Shown piece by piece: positions 48,191 through 61,700 of a DNA stretch of 64,000 nt. The notes beneath the pieces are model-generated. The model was not told the origin of the DNA, made no database searches, and saw nothing but the letters and a program-made list of their open reading frames with translations. The position numbers were made by a program, and so were the translations under genes. Source of the stretch: Lama guanicoe (taxonomy: Eukaryota); NCBI GenBank assembly GCA_013239625.1, contig MU057355.1, positions 14,126,738 to 14,190,737 on the forward strand, written 5' to 3'. How positions within the stretch are numbered: the stretch's first letter is position 1; every line of letters begins with the position of its first letter.

Positions 48191-49399
48191 CAATGCAAAC
48201 ATTCTGACAAATAAGTTAGCTGGCTTTCTGTTCTGCCACTCCACTAAACTCCTAAAATTATCTTGTGGATTGAAAAAAAAAATGTAGTGGCCGCTCATGC
48301 ACAAGGCCTTGGAAAATTTACAGGCTGATGAAAGGGGTCCATTTTGGTGATGTAAGTGAATACCAAGCTGCCGGTTTTGAGCAGAAGCAGCCAATGTAAG
48401 TAAGCATGATTTATTCATATGTTCATCATTTGAAAGACATCTGATGGCAGGAATTTGCTCCCAAATTTGCAGATTTTAGGATGTGTCAGCATCTGTACAA
48501 ATGCATGTCATTCTCTGCAACCTTCACACCCAGAGGAGGAGATAGAGTCCCCAAGCATGAAGACAGGACAGGAACTTAGTGATAATTTTGTGCCACCCAT
48601 TCTACAGGGGAAGAAAGCAGGTCCAGAGAGCAGTGCCTCTCCCAAGGCCACATTGTTAAGAAGTGTCAGAAGACAGAGAAGACCCCAGACCTTCAGACAC
48701 CACAGTCAGTTCAGAGTGATGCCTCTGAGCCCCTGATGGTTCCCAGCCAGTAAAGTACCACTAAATTATGCTCCGGGCAGTACTTAAGCAGAAGAGTGCA
48801 GTAAGGCCTGTTAGCAGGATTCAGAGCAACAAAAGCTGGAATCAAAGGCCTGTGGCTTGTTTAAGGTTGTTCTGACAGTGGGTCTCTCCAGAGGGCAGGC
48901 TCCCTGGAAATCAGCTTCAAGTTGGCTTTGCCCTAGAGCCTGGGCATTGGAGTCTGGAGCCAGCATTGGCTGGTGCCTGGTGTGGTGTGATGGCGGGGAC
49001 AGGGTTTGGCCCTGGGTTCCCTGAGCTTTCCACATGGCTTCATTTATCAGCCAGGGCACACTGTGAGTCCCAGAAAACCAAGCCAAAACAATTCTGACCA
49101 ATGGTACAAGGGGTTATGGTATTTATTCAGGGGCTTTCTCAGAAGGCTTTCCAAATATTCATGGGGAGGTTTATTTTGAAACCTCAGTCCAAGACCAGAC
49201 TACTTAGAGTTATGTCAGGCTCTTCGCTCAAAGTGTCCCTGAGCCGCTTTCAGCAAGCTTCCCAAAGAATCGCACAGACTCAGAGCTTGGACTGGGTCTC
49301 TGAAAGATGGTTTGAGACCAGAGTCAATAGGAAAATTTCCCATCCATCTCTGTACCAGGGTCTTAGTCAGGTAAAATTGTGTTGGAGGCTGCTTCCGTG

Positions 49400-49810
49400 G
49401 TGCAAGATACTGTGTGCTGCTCTGACTCCCACCTCAGGACCAAAGCACATACTCTCCTAGGAGCCAGGAGTGTTGTCTGCAGATGGCGTGGAGCTGAGTC
49501 CTTCCCCAAGGGATGACCTTTTAATAATTGCTCAAGGTGACAACCCCTTCCCTGGGAATAGCATGCATCTGATGACTGGTCATTGTTAGAGGTACCAAGG
49601 ATTGGTCTCTTTGCTCAATTTGGGCCACATTTGCTGGACCACCCTAACTCCAGAGCTCCCTGAGGGACTGGCTGGGGCCTCTGTGCTACTGTCGCAAAGT
49701 ACAATTTCACCCTCTGCCCAGGCCTGCTTTCCTCACCCCTGCACAGTGGTGTTCCCCAGATCACTCCCGGTTAACCACCTGCATGGAAATCTTTGTCCCA
49801 GATTATCACT
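49400..49810 (+). mobile_element. LTR16-family (ERVL) solo LTR
   Basis: CCCCTTCCCTGGG...CTCCAGAGCTCCC...CCCTCTGCCCAG.CCTGCTT...AACCACCTGCATG. Confidence 0.65.
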
Positions 49811-49927
49811 CCCCTGCCCCCTGCCTTCTCTAGGGCCAGAATCTTGACTCTTGTCAACCAATGGCCATCAGCCTCTCCATATCAAAATGCCTAGATGTCT
49901 TCTTTTATCAAGACAACCAAAGAAATC

Positions 49928-50770
49928 TGCATTAGTGTCCTTTCTGCTGCAACAATTTACAATGAACTTGGTGGGTCAGAAGCTGGAAACCAGTTTCACT
50001 GGGCCAACATTGGGTTGTTGGCAGGGCTGAGAAGCTTCCTATGGAAGCTCTAAGGGAGAATCTGTTACTTGTCTTTTTTTCTAGAGCTGAATTCTTTGCA
50101 TTCCTTGATTTAAGGACCCTTCCTCCATTTCAAAGCCAGCCACAGAGCATCTTGCTGCAGTGGTCATGTTCCTTCTTATTCTGTGTCACATCCCCCTCTG
50201 CTTCCCTCTTATAAGGACACTTGTGATTGCATTTAGGGCCCAGCTGGATAATCCCAAAATAATCTCCCCATCAAGTGCCTAAAAGTGAAGTGAATGAGAC
50301 AGAGAAAGACAAATATATGATGTTGCTTATATGTGGAATCTAAAAACAACAACAACAACAACAAAAAACAAGCAAACAAACAAAAACTCACATAGAAAAC
50401 AAACTGTGGTTACCAAGGGGAAAAGGGGGTAGATTAGGAGTTTGGGATTAACAGTTACATATTACTACATATAAAATAGATAAACAACAAGGACCTACTG
50501 TATAGCACAGGAAACTATATTCAATACCTTGTAAAGGGCCATAATAGAAAAGAAGTTGAAGAAAGTACCTGTATGTATATATATATATGTATAACTGAAT
50601 CGCTTTGCTATATACCTGAAACTAGCACTGTAAATCAACTACATTTCAAATAATAATAATAATATTATTATTATTAATAATAATGGCCTAATTTAATCTC
50701 ATAGTAAAGTCTCTGTTGCAGACCCTGGGGATTAGGCCTGGATGTCTTTGCAGGACATTGTTTAGTCTAC
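49928..50770 (-). mobile_element. MLT1 LTR interrupted by an L1 3' end
   Basis: GAAGCTCTAAGGGAGAATCTGTT...TCTTATAAGGACACTTGTGATTGCATTTAGGGCCCA. Confidence 0.7.
50280..50684 (+). mobile_element. Artiodactyl-type L1 3' end with (AAT)n tail
   Basis: GACAGAGAAAGACAAATAT...ATGTGGAATCTAAAA...GGACCTACTGTATAGCACAGG. Confidence 0.85.
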
Positions 50771-51454
50771 ATAGAGCAGAGAGTAAACCCTGGGGGACAC
50801 ACAATTTCTGATTTTGATTTGTACTTTATGTTTACCTGGAAGTGAGGAAGTCTCCAGATCTTCTTTTTTGTGATCCATTTGCCATTGCCCCAGGTAGCTG
50901 GTCTCATCTGGGAAACCTACTTTTTGATTCAGGCCTTTATTATGAAACACCAGTAATTCTTACTTCTTACCTGCTGCTGCTGGAACTTGTTCTCTCTCCC
51001 CCTCTCTCTTGCATCCTTCATACCCATCTAGCCCCCCAGATTCTGAGTCTGCAGCCACCCCTGTGGCTGTATGGTCTATGCTGAAGTAACCTTCCTAGGC
51101 ATGCCATGGCCTGGGGGTGGGAGCAGTGGGGAAGGGAAGGAGGGAAACAGTGACTTAACCCTAACCGGCAGATTCCAGTGTCACTTCCAGAAAGCGTCCT
51201 CTGTCAATAGCAACTTAGGATGAGACCATATGACCCTTCAGATAGGGATCTGAAGAGCAATCTTCACATAGTCATTGATCAGAAATAAGGCTGATCTGAA
51301 GTTCTGTTGGTTCCAAGAAATCGTTTACAATCTCATTTCTTCCCCTGCCCCTAATTCTTTTAGCATATTGTTTCTATGTCTTTTATGGACCATATGTCTT
51401 GATCCTTATACTTTTCTTCCCCACCAGGCTGTGAGCCTTTTTTTAAAAAAAAAG

Positions 51455-51846
51455 ACTTTATTTTTTTAGAGCAGTTTTAGGTTCACAGCAAAACTGAGAG
51501 GAAGGTACAGAGATTTCCCATATCTCCCCATCCCCNNNNNNNNNNNNNNNNNNNNNNNNNNNNNNNNNNNNNNNNNNNNNNNNNNNNNNNNNNNNNNNNN
51601 NNNNNNNNNNNNNNNNNNNNNNNNNNNNNNNNNNNNNNNNNNNNNNNNNNNNNNNNNNNNNNNNNNNNNNNNNNNNCTGTGGGTTTGGGTTTGGACAAAT
51701 GTATAATGACGTGTATCCACCATTCTAGTATCATAAAGAGTAGTTTCATTGCCCTAAAAATCCTCTCTGTGCTCTATTTATTTTCCCTGCCCCCTCCAAA
51801 AAAAAAAAATCCCTGGTCACCACTGATCCTTTTACTGTCTCTGTAG
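51455..51846 (-). mobile_element. L1MC1-like 3' end; contains N gap 51536-51676
   Basis: TTTTTAGAGCAGTTTTAGGTTCACAGCAAAA...GTTTCATTGCCCTAAAAATCCTCT. Confidence 0.75.
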
Positions 51847-52339
51847 TGAGCTTTTTTGTTTTCATCTCTTGACTCCCAATGAACCAACTTTCCAGGGTCA
51901 TCCTGGGAGAACATGGCCTCTGCAGAAGAACTCTGCTACCTGCAGTCTGTGAAATGGCCTAGCATCCCAGCAGCCCTGGTTATGCCACCATCTAATGACA
52001 TCTTGGCAGTCAAAGGGAGCTTGTGACTGTCATCTGTAGATGTGACAGCCAAACGTGTGGCCCTGGGAAAGCCCTTCACATGGGTCTTTCCTTGTTGCAT
52101 TTATATTTAGCTCAAATGAAAAACTGCAGTTGTTCTCCTCCATGACAGGTACCAAACAATAACCCAAAAGGATAAGGAATAATTGTTACTGCTCTCCCTG
52201 TTAGGACAGGTAGTTCTTGGATTTGGGACTGCATCTTTATGACGGCTGGTTTTCCTCTACCTAGCCCAGGGGATGTGCGTTGTATTGGATTGTACTGAAG
52301 AAGATTCAGAGAGAAAAGACTTGAATTCTGATTCTCAGC

Positions 52340-55300
52340 TTTTTTAAAATGTTTTCACATTTTAATTTTTTTAAATTAAGAAATATTTCAAGCATACAGA
52401 AAGGACAGAAAATAAAACAGACCACCATATGCCTACTGGCCAGATTAAATAGCTGTTAACATTTTTCCATTTACTTTATTTTTGTTTTTAATGGAGTTAC
52501 TGCGAATTGAACCCAGGACCTCGCACATTGTAAGCACAGGCTCTACCACCGAGCTGTACCCCCACCCCGCTCCATTTAGTTTAGATCACTTGTAATAAAA
52601 GATAAAAAATATGTAAATGGCTTAACCACCCTTCCCCCTCCTTCTCTCTTATCCCTTCTTCTCTCTGTAGAGGTATCTCTGCCTCAAGTTGGTATGTGTT
52701 ATTTGCACGCATGACTCTGTACTTTCACTAAATACTGTACGTTCGAGACAACATTTGCTATCATTTTACTTAAATGGCATCAAGTTGTATATATTCTTTT
52801 CAATTTGCTTTCTTACTCAACAGTATATTTTAGAGACTGATTCAGGTGGTAAAGATACAGTGCAGACCTAGTTCATCTATTCTAACTGCAGCCTAGTGCA
52901 CCATAATGTGTCCATTTCCCTATAGAGGGACGGTTAGTTGCTTTTTTGTGGTTGTTGTTGCAGTGAACATGCTGGTGCATGTATCTTTGTGCACATGCAC
53001 ATAATTTCTTCAGACACCTACAAGTGGAATTGCTAAGTAGTAACTTTCCTCAGTACTGACAGATTGTTCTCCCAAGTAGTTATACCAATTCACATTTCTA
53101 CCAGACTAAAAATTCCCATTTTCCTGCATCCTCACCATTGCTTGTGAGACTTAAATTTTTTCCAATCTATAGATATAAAGAGGCATTTTATTGTCTTAAT
53201 TTACATTTCCCTAAGTACGTATAAACTTAAGCATTTTTATATGTTTACTAGCTAGTTGTGTGTGTGTGAGAGAGAGAGAGCACGGGAAAGGGAAAGAGGC
53301 CAGTTCTAATCCTTCGCTCCTGTTAAAACACTGGTTTATCCTTTTCTTATACACTTGTAGCTGTCCTGTATTTATTCTGAAATTGTTACTTGAATTGCAA
53401 GTATCTTCTCCTAAACTCTATCTAGCCTTTTTGTTTTGTTTATGTTATCCTCTGTTATAAATAACTTATAAAATTTAGTGTAGTCAAAATCATAAATCTT
53501 TTTATGATTTGTGGGTATTTGTTCTTTAATAAATCTGTTCATGAGTCTACATCCAAGATATTCTCCATATTGTTTTCTAAAAATTCTAAATTTTTGCTCT
53601 TCACATTTAAATTTTTGTCCATCTGGAATTTACTTTTGCTTTGCTTATATGGTGAAGTAGGAATCTAATTTTATCTTTTTCCAAATAGAAAGTGAAATGT
53701 TTCAGAACCTCATAAGGATAGTCCAGCCTTTCTCAGTGTTTGAAATGCCATTTCTGTTAAATACAAATTCCCATGTATAAATGGATCATTCCTTGACTAT
53801 CCCAACTGTTGGTCCATTTGTCTATCCTTGCACTGTAATGCAATTTTCACATTATTATAACTGATAGCTGTACTTAGTAGTTGGTACAGTGAGTCCCCTC
53901 AAATTTGGTTGTTTTTCAGCTTTACTGAGATATAATTGACAAATAACATTTTTAAGTTTAAGGTGTACAACATGATGATTTGATATCAGTATATATAGTG
54001 AAATGAAAAAGAATATGAAAAGTAATATGTATGTATAACTGAATCATTATGCTGTACACCAGAAATGAATACATTATNNNNNNNNNNNNNNNNNNNNNNN
54101 NNNNNNNNNNNNNNNNNNNNNNNNNNNNNNNNNNNNNNNNNNNNNNNNNNNNNNNNNNNNNNNNNNNNNNNNNNNNNNNNNNNNNNNNNNNNNNNNNNNN
54201 NNNNNNNNNNNNNNNNNGATTTACTTTTAGCAAATTTCAAGTATAAGATACAGTATTGTTGACTATAGCTCAAATTTATTTTGACTTTCATTAGTTCTGA
54301 CCTTTCCAACTTTCTAGGATTAGCTAGTTGATTCCTATAAAAAACACTATAGGGATTGATAAAGGAAGTGCATCTAAATAGATTAATATGGGAAAATGTT
54401 GGCATTTGTATAATATCAAAATGTTGCCATTTGTATAATATTTATATAATATCAATATTTGTATAATATCTTCCCAGTCAGAAATGTGATGTATCTTTCT
54501 ACATAGGCCTTCTTGAGAAATGATACATTTATATTATTTAATATAGATTTATACTTCTCCCTGTAAAGATTTTATACATTTTTGCCAGGTTTTTATAGTG
54601 CTTGCTACAACTTTAAATAGTATCATTTTGAAAGTTATATTTCTAACAGTTTGTTACAGGTGTTCAGGAACCATTTTTAAAAATCATTTTAAATTAGACA
54701 ACTTGTTAGTTTCCTTATTTCTTTTTATAGTTGCCTATTACTTCTCTTCTCTTGGATTTTTGAAAAGGGAATCATAGAATCCATAAATAGTGATGCTCTT
54801 ATTTTTTCATTTTGAATATTCATTTTATTTCTTCTTATCATCATTACTTCAATGGACAGGACTTACAAAGTAATATTGAATAAGAGCTTTTGAGAATAGT
54901 TGCCCTTGTCTTGTTCCTGATCCTAAGTGGAATTATTATAGAGATAACACTGAGTATAACTTCTACTGTAGATTAATAGTAGATAAAATTTATGGAGTTA
55001 TTCTTTTTATTCCTGGTGTGCTAAGAGATTTGGCTATAGATGGGCATTGAATTTTATCAAATGAATTTTCTGCTTCTTTTGAGGTGATCATGTTTTTTCT
55101 TGTTTTTCATGTGTCTGGCAAATTACATGAATAGCTTTTCTATTGTTAAGCTTTCATTTCTTGAGTAACACAGTGTGGTTATGATGTATTATCTTAACAC
55201 TGCTAGATTCTGTTTGCTAACGTTTAATTCCAAAATTGTATATATGCTTTCATAAATGAAATTCTCTTACATTTTCCTTTTTTGTAATGTTTCTTCTAGT

Positions 55301-57300
55301 TTCTGTTTTCAAAGTTATATTACTATAATAGAATGATTATATTGAGTCAGAAAGTGTTCCCCCTTTTTCTTTTTTCTGAAACAGATTGCATAACATAGGA
55401 ATTAAATTTTCCTTGAAAGTTGGGAAAAACTTACCTGTAAAATTCCCTGAGGTACCAAATCTTTTTTGTGGATAGATTTTAAGTTACCAATTAAATACTT
55501 AAAAGGCCATATGTCTATTCAGCTTTTTCTATTTCTTCTTGAGTGGTATTTTCTGGAAGTGTTTTCCATTTCATCTAAAATATCAATATTATTACAATAA
55601 AGTCATACATAGTAGTCTGTGACTTGGTAAATTTATATTATATCTATGGTCATATCTTATTCCTTCCCAGTATGGTGGTTCATTTGTATCATCTTTATTT
55701 TTCTACTGATCTTTTACTTGTTGGCTGTCTCCATTGTTTGTTTTCTATTTCATTAATTTTTGCCCTTATCTTTATCTTCTTTCCTTTGTCTTTTCTTGAG
55801 TTCATAGTTTTTTTTTTCTGACTTCTTTAATTAAACGTGTTCATTAATACTCAAACTTTCTTCTTTTCAGGTGTACATAATTCCTGTATTTTGTATCTGT
55901 AATTTCCTCTCTGAAGTACTGCTTTAGCTACATCTCACAATTTTGATATGCAGTTTTTCCCTTGTCATTTAGCTCTAGATATTTAAAATTTTCCATTATG
56001 ATTTCTATTTTCACCCATTAATAGTTCAGAAATGTTTTAAAATTTCCAGACATATGATTCCTTTTTTGTAGTTACACTTTTGTAATTCGTCTCCAATTTT
56101 ATAGCATTTTGAAAGGAAATGTGGTCCATAGGATATTGATTCATTTGTTACTTTTAAATACTTGGTTTGTGGCCAAGTATGTGGTCATTCAAAAATAAGT
56201 TCAATGTATAGTCTCTGATTGTTAGATACAGGAAATGTCATGTTTAAGTTATTAAGTGTGTTGTTTAAATCTTTAATAGTTTACTAATTTCTTTGCTTGA
56301 GGTATTTGAGCATTATTTAAAATAGCTCTTTATGGTTGTGGATTTCTTGGTTTTTTGCAACTATGGTCATATGTGGTTCATATATTTTGAGACTACCTTC
56401 TTAAAAGTCAACAACTTCAGAATGTTTTGATCTTTCTGATGGACAGTTCCTGGCCTATCTATATCATGATTCCTCCTCTGTTTCCACTTCTCCTTCCTCT
56501 GGTAACTAAATCAGATCCAGGGAATTCAGCCACCATTGCCTGTACCACATCCCCACTGCTCTTGGATGGTTTACATCCTGCCTCTGGGAAGGTTTTGCTA
56601 ACTTTTCCTGAGATTTGCAGCCACTGATGCTCTTTATGCTTCCAGTCTTACACCCCCTTGCTCCAGGTCTGCTACTTTGGAAGAATATTTCCACTTATTT
56701 GGTGATTCAACTTTTAGCTGTCTCCTTGTTTTGCTAAAATTGGAGATCAAATCTTACTTTTCATTCTCCTTGTTGCTCTTGGATGCTTTCCAGGAAACAC
56801 CTGTTTTTGCTGCCATCTTTACATTTGAATTTTGACATAATGAAACATAAAGTGAATCAGTATCTTTCCCTGCCTCCTGAACATCACCTTTGTCCATTTC
56901 TGACCATTCTTTCTTGTACTACAGGCTCGTTTTGTCTAGCATTTTAGTTCCTTTACCCCAAGCCAAATCATCATTATATTGCTTTGTGGTCAGTGTCCAT
57001 TTAGACTTCCCCATGTGTTTATTTATCAGTCTCTCCACTCACCTTTGCTTCTGCCTTCCCATGCCTTCTCCCAGAGTAGAGCTTTTAGAATTCTTTCAGT
57101 GGGGGGCCTGTGAACTAACCAATTATTTCAGTCTTTGCTTGCCTGATGATGTCTTTAGTTTGCTTCTACTCTTGAATTTTAGTTTAGCTGAGAATAGAAT
57201 TCTAAAGGGCCACTTATTTTCCCTTGGCATATTGAAGTTATTTAGTTATGTTTCTATTGTTGATATTAAGACATTAGCTAGCAGTTTAATTTATAGTTTC
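52340..57300 (-). mobile_element. Long, highly degraded old L1 (L1M) with younger nested insertions; contains N gap 54078-54217
   Basis: T-rich antisense L1 signatures throughout, e.g. CTTGTCTTGTTCCTGATC, TTGAATTTTATCAAATG, GTACTGCTTTAGCTACATCTCACAATTTTGATATG. Confidence 0.7.
52479..52568 (-). mobile_element. Camelid tRNA-derived SINE (Vic-1-like)
   Basis: ATTGAACCCAGGACCTCG...CTCTACCACCGAGCT; flanking TCCATTTA repeats. Confidence 0.85.
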
Positions 57301-57659
57301 CAAACATTTTTTATTTCACATCTGTATAAATAAAGCCAATTTTGAGTCCACATCTCTAGTACGTGTATATATATATATATAATATTTATATATTAATTAA
57401 TCAGTAAGTTAATATATTAATGTACACATATATAATATTTATATATTAATAAATTTATGCATAAATTAATGTACTGGTGTATACAAAATACAACATAAAA
57501 TAGAAACATAAAAGACTGCATATATGAAAGAAATAATTTAAAAATTGAATTTATTTTCTTAATATAAAAAATTTTGGTTTCACTAAATTAATAGCTGTAA
57601 TAATTTTACATTAAAGAATTAAATATGGATAAGTATGCTTCATTGGTTTTAAATATCCT

Positions 57660-57860
57660 GATTGACACTTAATTTAACATACTCTGAAATCAAACAATAG
57701 AAAGATCCGGCTACATGTTTGGCTTATTTTGCTGCTTGGTTTAGGGGCTGTAACAGCTCATAGCAAGAACAAAAAATCTGGATCTCTCACAAGGACATGG
57801 ATGCAAATGGGAACAATCGTTGGAGCTTTGCTAAGTCATGATACTCATCTTCTCACCCTC
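57660..57860 (-). mobile_element. hAT-Charlie transposase C-terminal fossil
   Basis: Minus-strand peptides EDEYHDLAKLQRLFPFASMSL and TKQQNKPNM*PDLSI resemble the Charlie motif EYxxL...LLPFxSTYLCE...TKYRNKLNLEPDLRI. Confidence 0.55.
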
Positions 57861-58904
57861 ACTTATCAATAACACAAAAGTTTTATTTCAATTCTATTAC
57901 ATTTCTATTCCCCCTTGTCCCGCCCCCAGTCAATCAATTATTCTTACAAACCATTTGGAATTTGTTGCATTTTTACATATTTACCATATGTGTTTAACTT
58001 GCTGAAACTCTTCATTTGGAAGAGCTGTAAACAGGTTAGAAAATTCTATTTCCAGATTTTTTGTTCTTTTTTTTTTTTTTTTTTTGTAAATGTGCAGCTA
58101 TGAGATGCTTTCCTTTCAGAGTTGACATCCTTACATTTTGGTGGGGGGAACAAAAAAGTCACATAGTTATAGAAAATGTCTTAACATCCCTAACAGCTAG
58201 AACCACTTCTGTTAGTTCTTTGTGTCACTCTAGGCAATGCACTTCCATTCTCTCTCCCATTCTGTTGTCCTGCCAGCCCCTAAGGTGCTCTGACACATTC
58301 CTGATCCACCCTAGCAAGCTGAGCAGAAAAATCCAGGCCTCTGGGAGATGTGGGTACAGGAATCAATGCACATCCACACGGTGGAATACAGTGCAGCCAT
58401 GAAGAAATGAGGACACTCAGTGTGTGATGATCTTAGTCAGTTTCCAACATAGCATTTAGAGAAAGCAGCAAAGGGAAGAAGGATACGTGAAATGTGATCC
58501 TTTCTGCATAAATTTAAAAAAAAAGATCGATATATAGTGCTAGTGTAAACAATTTTGGGATTGTTAAAAGTTCACAGTGGTTAACAGTCATGGGAAGAGA
58601 GACTAGGGAGTGAAAAATTTTTTTTTTGCACTTTTTTGAAGTATCTGAATTGGGTAATTCAGAATATACATTACATACATACATGTGCATATGTATGTCA
58701 TTTATGTGTGTATGCATGTGTATATATACTATATATAGTATATTGGAATTGCATATATTATATATAAAACAGAAAATTATATGTTATGTATAACAAGATA
58801 ATATATACTATATACATATGAACAGTAGGAGTTTTCTGTGCAGGGAAACTGTAAGCCATTTTTTCTGGTTTATTCTTTTTTATTTCTTTCTGTTTAAAAA
58901 TTTT

Positions 58905-59045
58905 TTGGAGAAGGGAACTATATTCAATATCTTATAATAGCCTTTAATGAAAAAGACTTGAAAAGGAATATGTGTGTGTGTGTGACTGAATCCTTATGCT
59001 TTACATCAGAAATTAGTACATTATAATCTTCAATGAAAAACAAAT
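58905..59045 (+). mobile_element. Artiodactyl-type L1 3' end
   Basis: AGGGAACTATATTCAATATCTT...TGACTGAATC. Confidence 0.8.
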
Positions 59046-59089
59046 TCTTTAGGGGAAAAAATGTGGAAAACAAAAGATCTCATAGTGTG

Positions 59090-59265
59090 CCCACACTAGT
59101 TTCCTAGAACTGCCATAATGAAGTAGCACAAACTGAGTGGCCTGCATGGCAGAAATTTGTGGTCTCCCAGTTCTGGTGGCTGGAAGGCCGAAACCAAGAT
59201 GTGAGCGGGCTTGGTTCCTTCCGAGTTCTGTCAGAAAAGGATCCATTCCAGGCATCTCTCCTGCA
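59090..59265 (-). mobile_element. MLT1 LTR fragment
   Basis: TAGTTTCCTAG..CTGCCATAA...CAGAAATTT...CAGTTCTGGTGGCTGGAAG. Confidence 0.7.
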
Positions 59266-59289
59266 CTTTTTTGAAGTATTTGGGTTGGG

Positions 59290-59763
59290 TAACCCAGCAG
59301 GTTCTGCATTCACAGATTCAGCCAATCACAGATTGAAAGTATTTAGGAAAAAAACCCAGAAAGTTCCAAAAAGCAAAACTCAGGTTTTTCCCCACTCCGG
59401 CAACTCTTGACATAGCATTTACATTGTATTTACAACTGAGGGAGTGGGTATGGCTCAGTGGTAGAGCGAGCACATGCCTAGCATGCATGAGGTCCTGGGT
59501 TNNNNNNNNNNNNNNNNNNNNNNNNNNNNNNNNNNNNNNNNNNNNNNNNNNNNNNNNNNNNNNNNNNNNNNNNNNNNNNNNNNNNNNNNNNNNNNNNNNN
59601 NNNNNNNNNNNNNNNNNNNNNNNNNNNNNNNNNNNNNNNNNNNNNNNNNNNNNNNNNNNNNNNNNNNNNNNNNNNNNNNNNNNNNNNNNNNNNNNNNNNN
59701 NNNNNNNNNNNNNNNNNNNNGGTTCCTGGAACCAATCCCCTGAGAATATCAAGGGAAGACTAT
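59290..59763 (-). mobile_element. MER2B-like Tigger MITE hosting a SINE; contains N gap 59502-59720
   Basis: CAGAAAGTTCCAAAAAGCAAAACT...CATAGCATTTACATTGTATT...CCTGGAACCAATCCCC. Confidence 0.75.
59438..59501 (+). mobile_element. Camelid tRNA-derived SINE head, truncated by the assembly gap
   Basis: GGGTATGGCTCAGTGGTAGAGC...GCATGAGGTCCTGGGTT. Confidence 0.85.
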
Positions 59764-60486
59764 ATTTATCATGACAGGAATTCATAGAAGAGGGGTAAAT
59801 AAATAAATAAAATGGAGATACTCTCTGGAGGAGGTGACATTAGCCCTCATTCTTGAAGGATAAGTTGTCTTTGTCCTTTGATAGGGGGTGGAGTTCATTT
59901 CACAACTCCCTCCCCTCTTTCTCCAGAGCAACATGGGAGAATGAATGGTCTGGACACTCAGGAGGTATCATTTATTCCACGCAATGAATACAAAAAGGGA
60001 TAGAACTGAGGAGGCCAGATTAAGGGAGTAGATCTCAGGTGAATGCAAGGAAGAACTTGCAAACACCCAGAATGGTTCCATAGGGCCTGCCTGGGGGAAG
60101 TGGAGCACAAGGTACAGGAGGGGTCTCCCTGGGGAGACTGTTGAATTAGACCTGTTCTCCGCACCAGGGAGAAAGCTTGGTAGGATATGGGAGAGGGCTG
60201 CAGTAAGAGAGATATGCATACAGTACTCCCTGGGAGAAATGAGCCCCCAATCACAGGAAGGGGAGTTTGCTAACACCCAAGCCACTGACAATGGAGGGGA
60301 CAAAGGGGCAGCGGACTTACTTTAATAAGGAGAATCTGATTCCCCAGAGCAGGGCTTTGCAGCCATATTTCTCAGAGTCGCAAAGTCCAGGCCCAAAACA
60401 TGGGGTCAAGAGTATGAGAATTCTGGCCCACGATGAATAAACCTGGCCTCAGCAGCTGCCACTGCTCTGGAAATTTCTATGTTGAA

Positions 60487-60650
60487 NNNNNNNNNNNNNN
60501 NNNNNNNNNNNNNNNNNNNNNNNNNNNNNNNNNNNNNNNNNNNNNNNNNNNNNNNNNNNNNNNNNNNNNNNNNNNNNNNNNNNNNNNNNNNNNNNNNNNN
60601 NNNNNNNNNNNNNNNNNNNNNNNNNNNNNNNNNNNNNNNNNNNNNNNNNN
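60487..60650. other. Assembly gap (164 N); other gaps at 33371-33541, 51536-51676, 54078-54217, 59502-59720
   Basis: Runs of N of irregular length, mostly inside interspersed repeats. Confidence 0.95.
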
Positions 60651-61471
60651 GCCTAGTGCAGGCACATTTCATCACTGGGCAGGACTTGCTAAGCTTGGTC
60701 GATGGCCTCATTACGGCTATTTGTATCTTGACATTGGAGCCGACATGATAGGTTAGCATTCCTGTCAAAGAGACCTAGCACCACGTGTCCTTCCAGCCCT
60801 ATTTCCCAGGGGATGCGGTGTGGACAGACTCCATCACGTCATCACCCCTGAAGATGAAGGAGCAGTTTGTCCAGCGTGGAGATCAGGTTTATAAGGTGTC
60901 CTCCAAATCTCACCAGGCAATTTAACATAGAGAATGCCACCTTGTAACTTGGAGACAATTAGGCTTCCTGTGCAAATCGAGGTGGGTGAGGATGGTGGAG
61001 GTGTAGCCACACGGCTCTGCACATCTGCAGGGACAGACATGAGTAGGCTCCATGTCACGGGAGACAGGTCTCTCTTCCTGCCCGCCCGCCCCACCATACC
61101 CACAGATCGTGGTTACTATCTCTCCTCCAAATCTAAATATATTTCACTACCTTATTGTTTCATGGTACCACCATACGTATTCATAAAGCTACTCATAAGT
61201 TGTTCCTTGTTAAAAATACCAAAGTCCATACATTTATATTTTAATACTAGCTCCAATTTTTTATGGAGAAATCCCCCTCCTAAATTTACTCACTTTTAAT
61301 TCCTCTTTCTGGCTGGTGAAGGGAGTTCCTAGCTAGCGCTTCGTTCCTTAGTGGGCTTTCCATGCCAGCTTTGGACTTCAGTACCTTAAATGATCCTTCT
61401 GAGAGGTTCCGTGCAAATATGCCTTGCTGATTTATGCTCCTCCCCACCCCGGCCATTGATAAGCTGTGTGA

Positions 61472-61700
61472 CGTAGTGATTAAGAGCCTGAATATCACAG
61501 TCAGAGAAGCCTGGGGTTCCAATCCTGCTTGCACCGTTGATACCTCACGTGACCTTGAGCAAGTGTCTTCAATGGTCTGTACCTTGGTTTTCTTATATGT
61601 AAATCAGGAAAAATAATAGTACCTCTGCATAGGATAGATATGAAAATTAAGTAAGTTATACGTAATATGCTTTGTAATAAATGCCAGCTATTGGTATTGT
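61472..61700 (+). mobile_element. MIR SINE
   Basis: GTAGTGATTAAGAGC...GTGACCTTGAGCAAGT...ATAATAGTACCT. Confidence 0.75.

Noticed and set aside
51156-51167. Telomere-like TTAACCCTAACC
   Set aside because: Only about two units; chance occurrence
54393-54470. 25-bp tandem duplication with partial extra copies
   Set aside because: Ordinary slippage within an old AT-rich L1; no sign of function
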